From Octopus sinensis (taxonomy: Eukaryota), in the NCBI RefSeq assembly GCF_006345805.1, contig NC_043013.1, positions 50,902,001 to 50,966,000 of the forward strand: DNA of 64,000 bases, given 5' to 3'. Below the pieces are notes generated by a model, which searched no databases, was not told the origin of the DNA, and saw only the letters and a list, made by a program, of their open reading frames with translations. Of this stretch, positions 63,160 through 64,000 are shown one piece after another (position 1 is the first letter of the stretch; each line of letters starts with the position of its first letter). A program made the position numbers and the translations under genes.

Positions 63160-63375
63160 AGAGTGGTTGTATACTGTCAAATTAATGTGACAGTAAGGGA
63201 ATTAAACCACCGCTGTTTAGCCCTAGGAAGCATATATATAAATATATAAATATAAGTATATAAGGACGCAGGAAATGTATCAAGGCCAACAGGAGGCGTC
63301 GATGCTTCCTAGGGCTAAACAGCGGTGGTGTAATTCCCTTACTGTCACATTAAGTTTAGAGTATACAACCACTCT
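63160..63375. repeat. 74-bp inverted repeat with 68-nt spacer, next to Penelope-like sequence
   Basis: 63160-63233 versus 63302-63375; the inner 52 bp have a single mismatch. Confidence 0.9.
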
Positions 63376-63450
63376 ATTGACCCACCACCGTACATATCTC
63401 TATGAGATATTTAGAAATTTAATATTTCTGACCTCATCTTGTTTGTTGTT

Positions 63451-63493
63451 AACACATTTCGGCTGATATACCCCCCAGCCTTCATCAGGTGTC
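63451..63493 (-). ncRNA. Minimal type I hammerhead relic in a Penelope-like terminal fragment
   Basis: Reverse strand gacac-CTGATGA-a-ggctg(gggggtatat)cagcc-GAAA-t-gtgtt. Stems I and II and the core are present; stem III and the cleavage triplet are too short. Confidence 0.65.
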
Positions 63494-63647
63494 TTGGGGA
63501 AATTTCGAACCTCAGTCCTCATTCCTAAGGGAGTGACCATACCAACGCAAACGTCTCTCTTGCATGCCACATCCGATGCTTCGAGATCAGAGTTGTTCGA
63601 AAACCGACGTACTACTATACATGCGTATTAATTTATCTTTAAATGTG

Positions 63648-63706
<59 letters not shown>

Positions 63707-63891
63707 GTATATCCATACAGACTTGACAGCATTAATACACATACAAACACTGTATCTGTTTCTGTATGTGTGTATGCATGTTTGTACTTCGATATATACA
63801 CAGTCATAGATAAGGGGATGTATCCTATATATTTATGTGTTCATGTACTTTGATATACACAGCCATATATATATTTATTTATACATACATG

Positions 63892-63932
<41 letters not shown>

Positions 63933-64000
63933 ATATATGTATATACATATATATATGTATGTTATATATATATATGTATGTATATATATATATATGTATG

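Overview
AT-rich, microsatellite-dense eukaryotic DNA, most likely an octopus intron or intergenic region (inferred from the SINE families and repeat density, not from a database). No host gene can be called with confidence; nearly all ORFs in the track are artefacts of (TA)n/(CA)n/(GAT)n/(CT)n repeats. Recognisable elements: a near-full-length RTE LINE with a PHD finger inside its RT region (45013-48540); a full-length mariner (41848-43121) and two mariner remnants; a Tc1-type MITE; seven non-autonomous Helitrons sharing one 3' end, one with a PIF1 helicase fragment and a ~165-bp array; 3' fragments of CR1-group, RTE-X-like and R4/Dong-like LINEs; dozens of tRNA-derived SINEs; Penelope-like terminal fragments. 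Best leads: (1) a minimal type I hammerhead-ribozyme fold with a swapped G3-C8 core pair inside a 119-bp-arm hairpin (20430-20480), plus two more hammerhead relics; (2) a 28S rRNA fragment flanked by an 11-bp target-site duplication whose 5' end falls about where the protostome hidden break is expected (61801-62060); (3) covarying SINE/LINE shared tails; (4) a few candidate minus-strand exons, including an Asp-rich one. All assignments come from reading motifs by eye; no searches were run.
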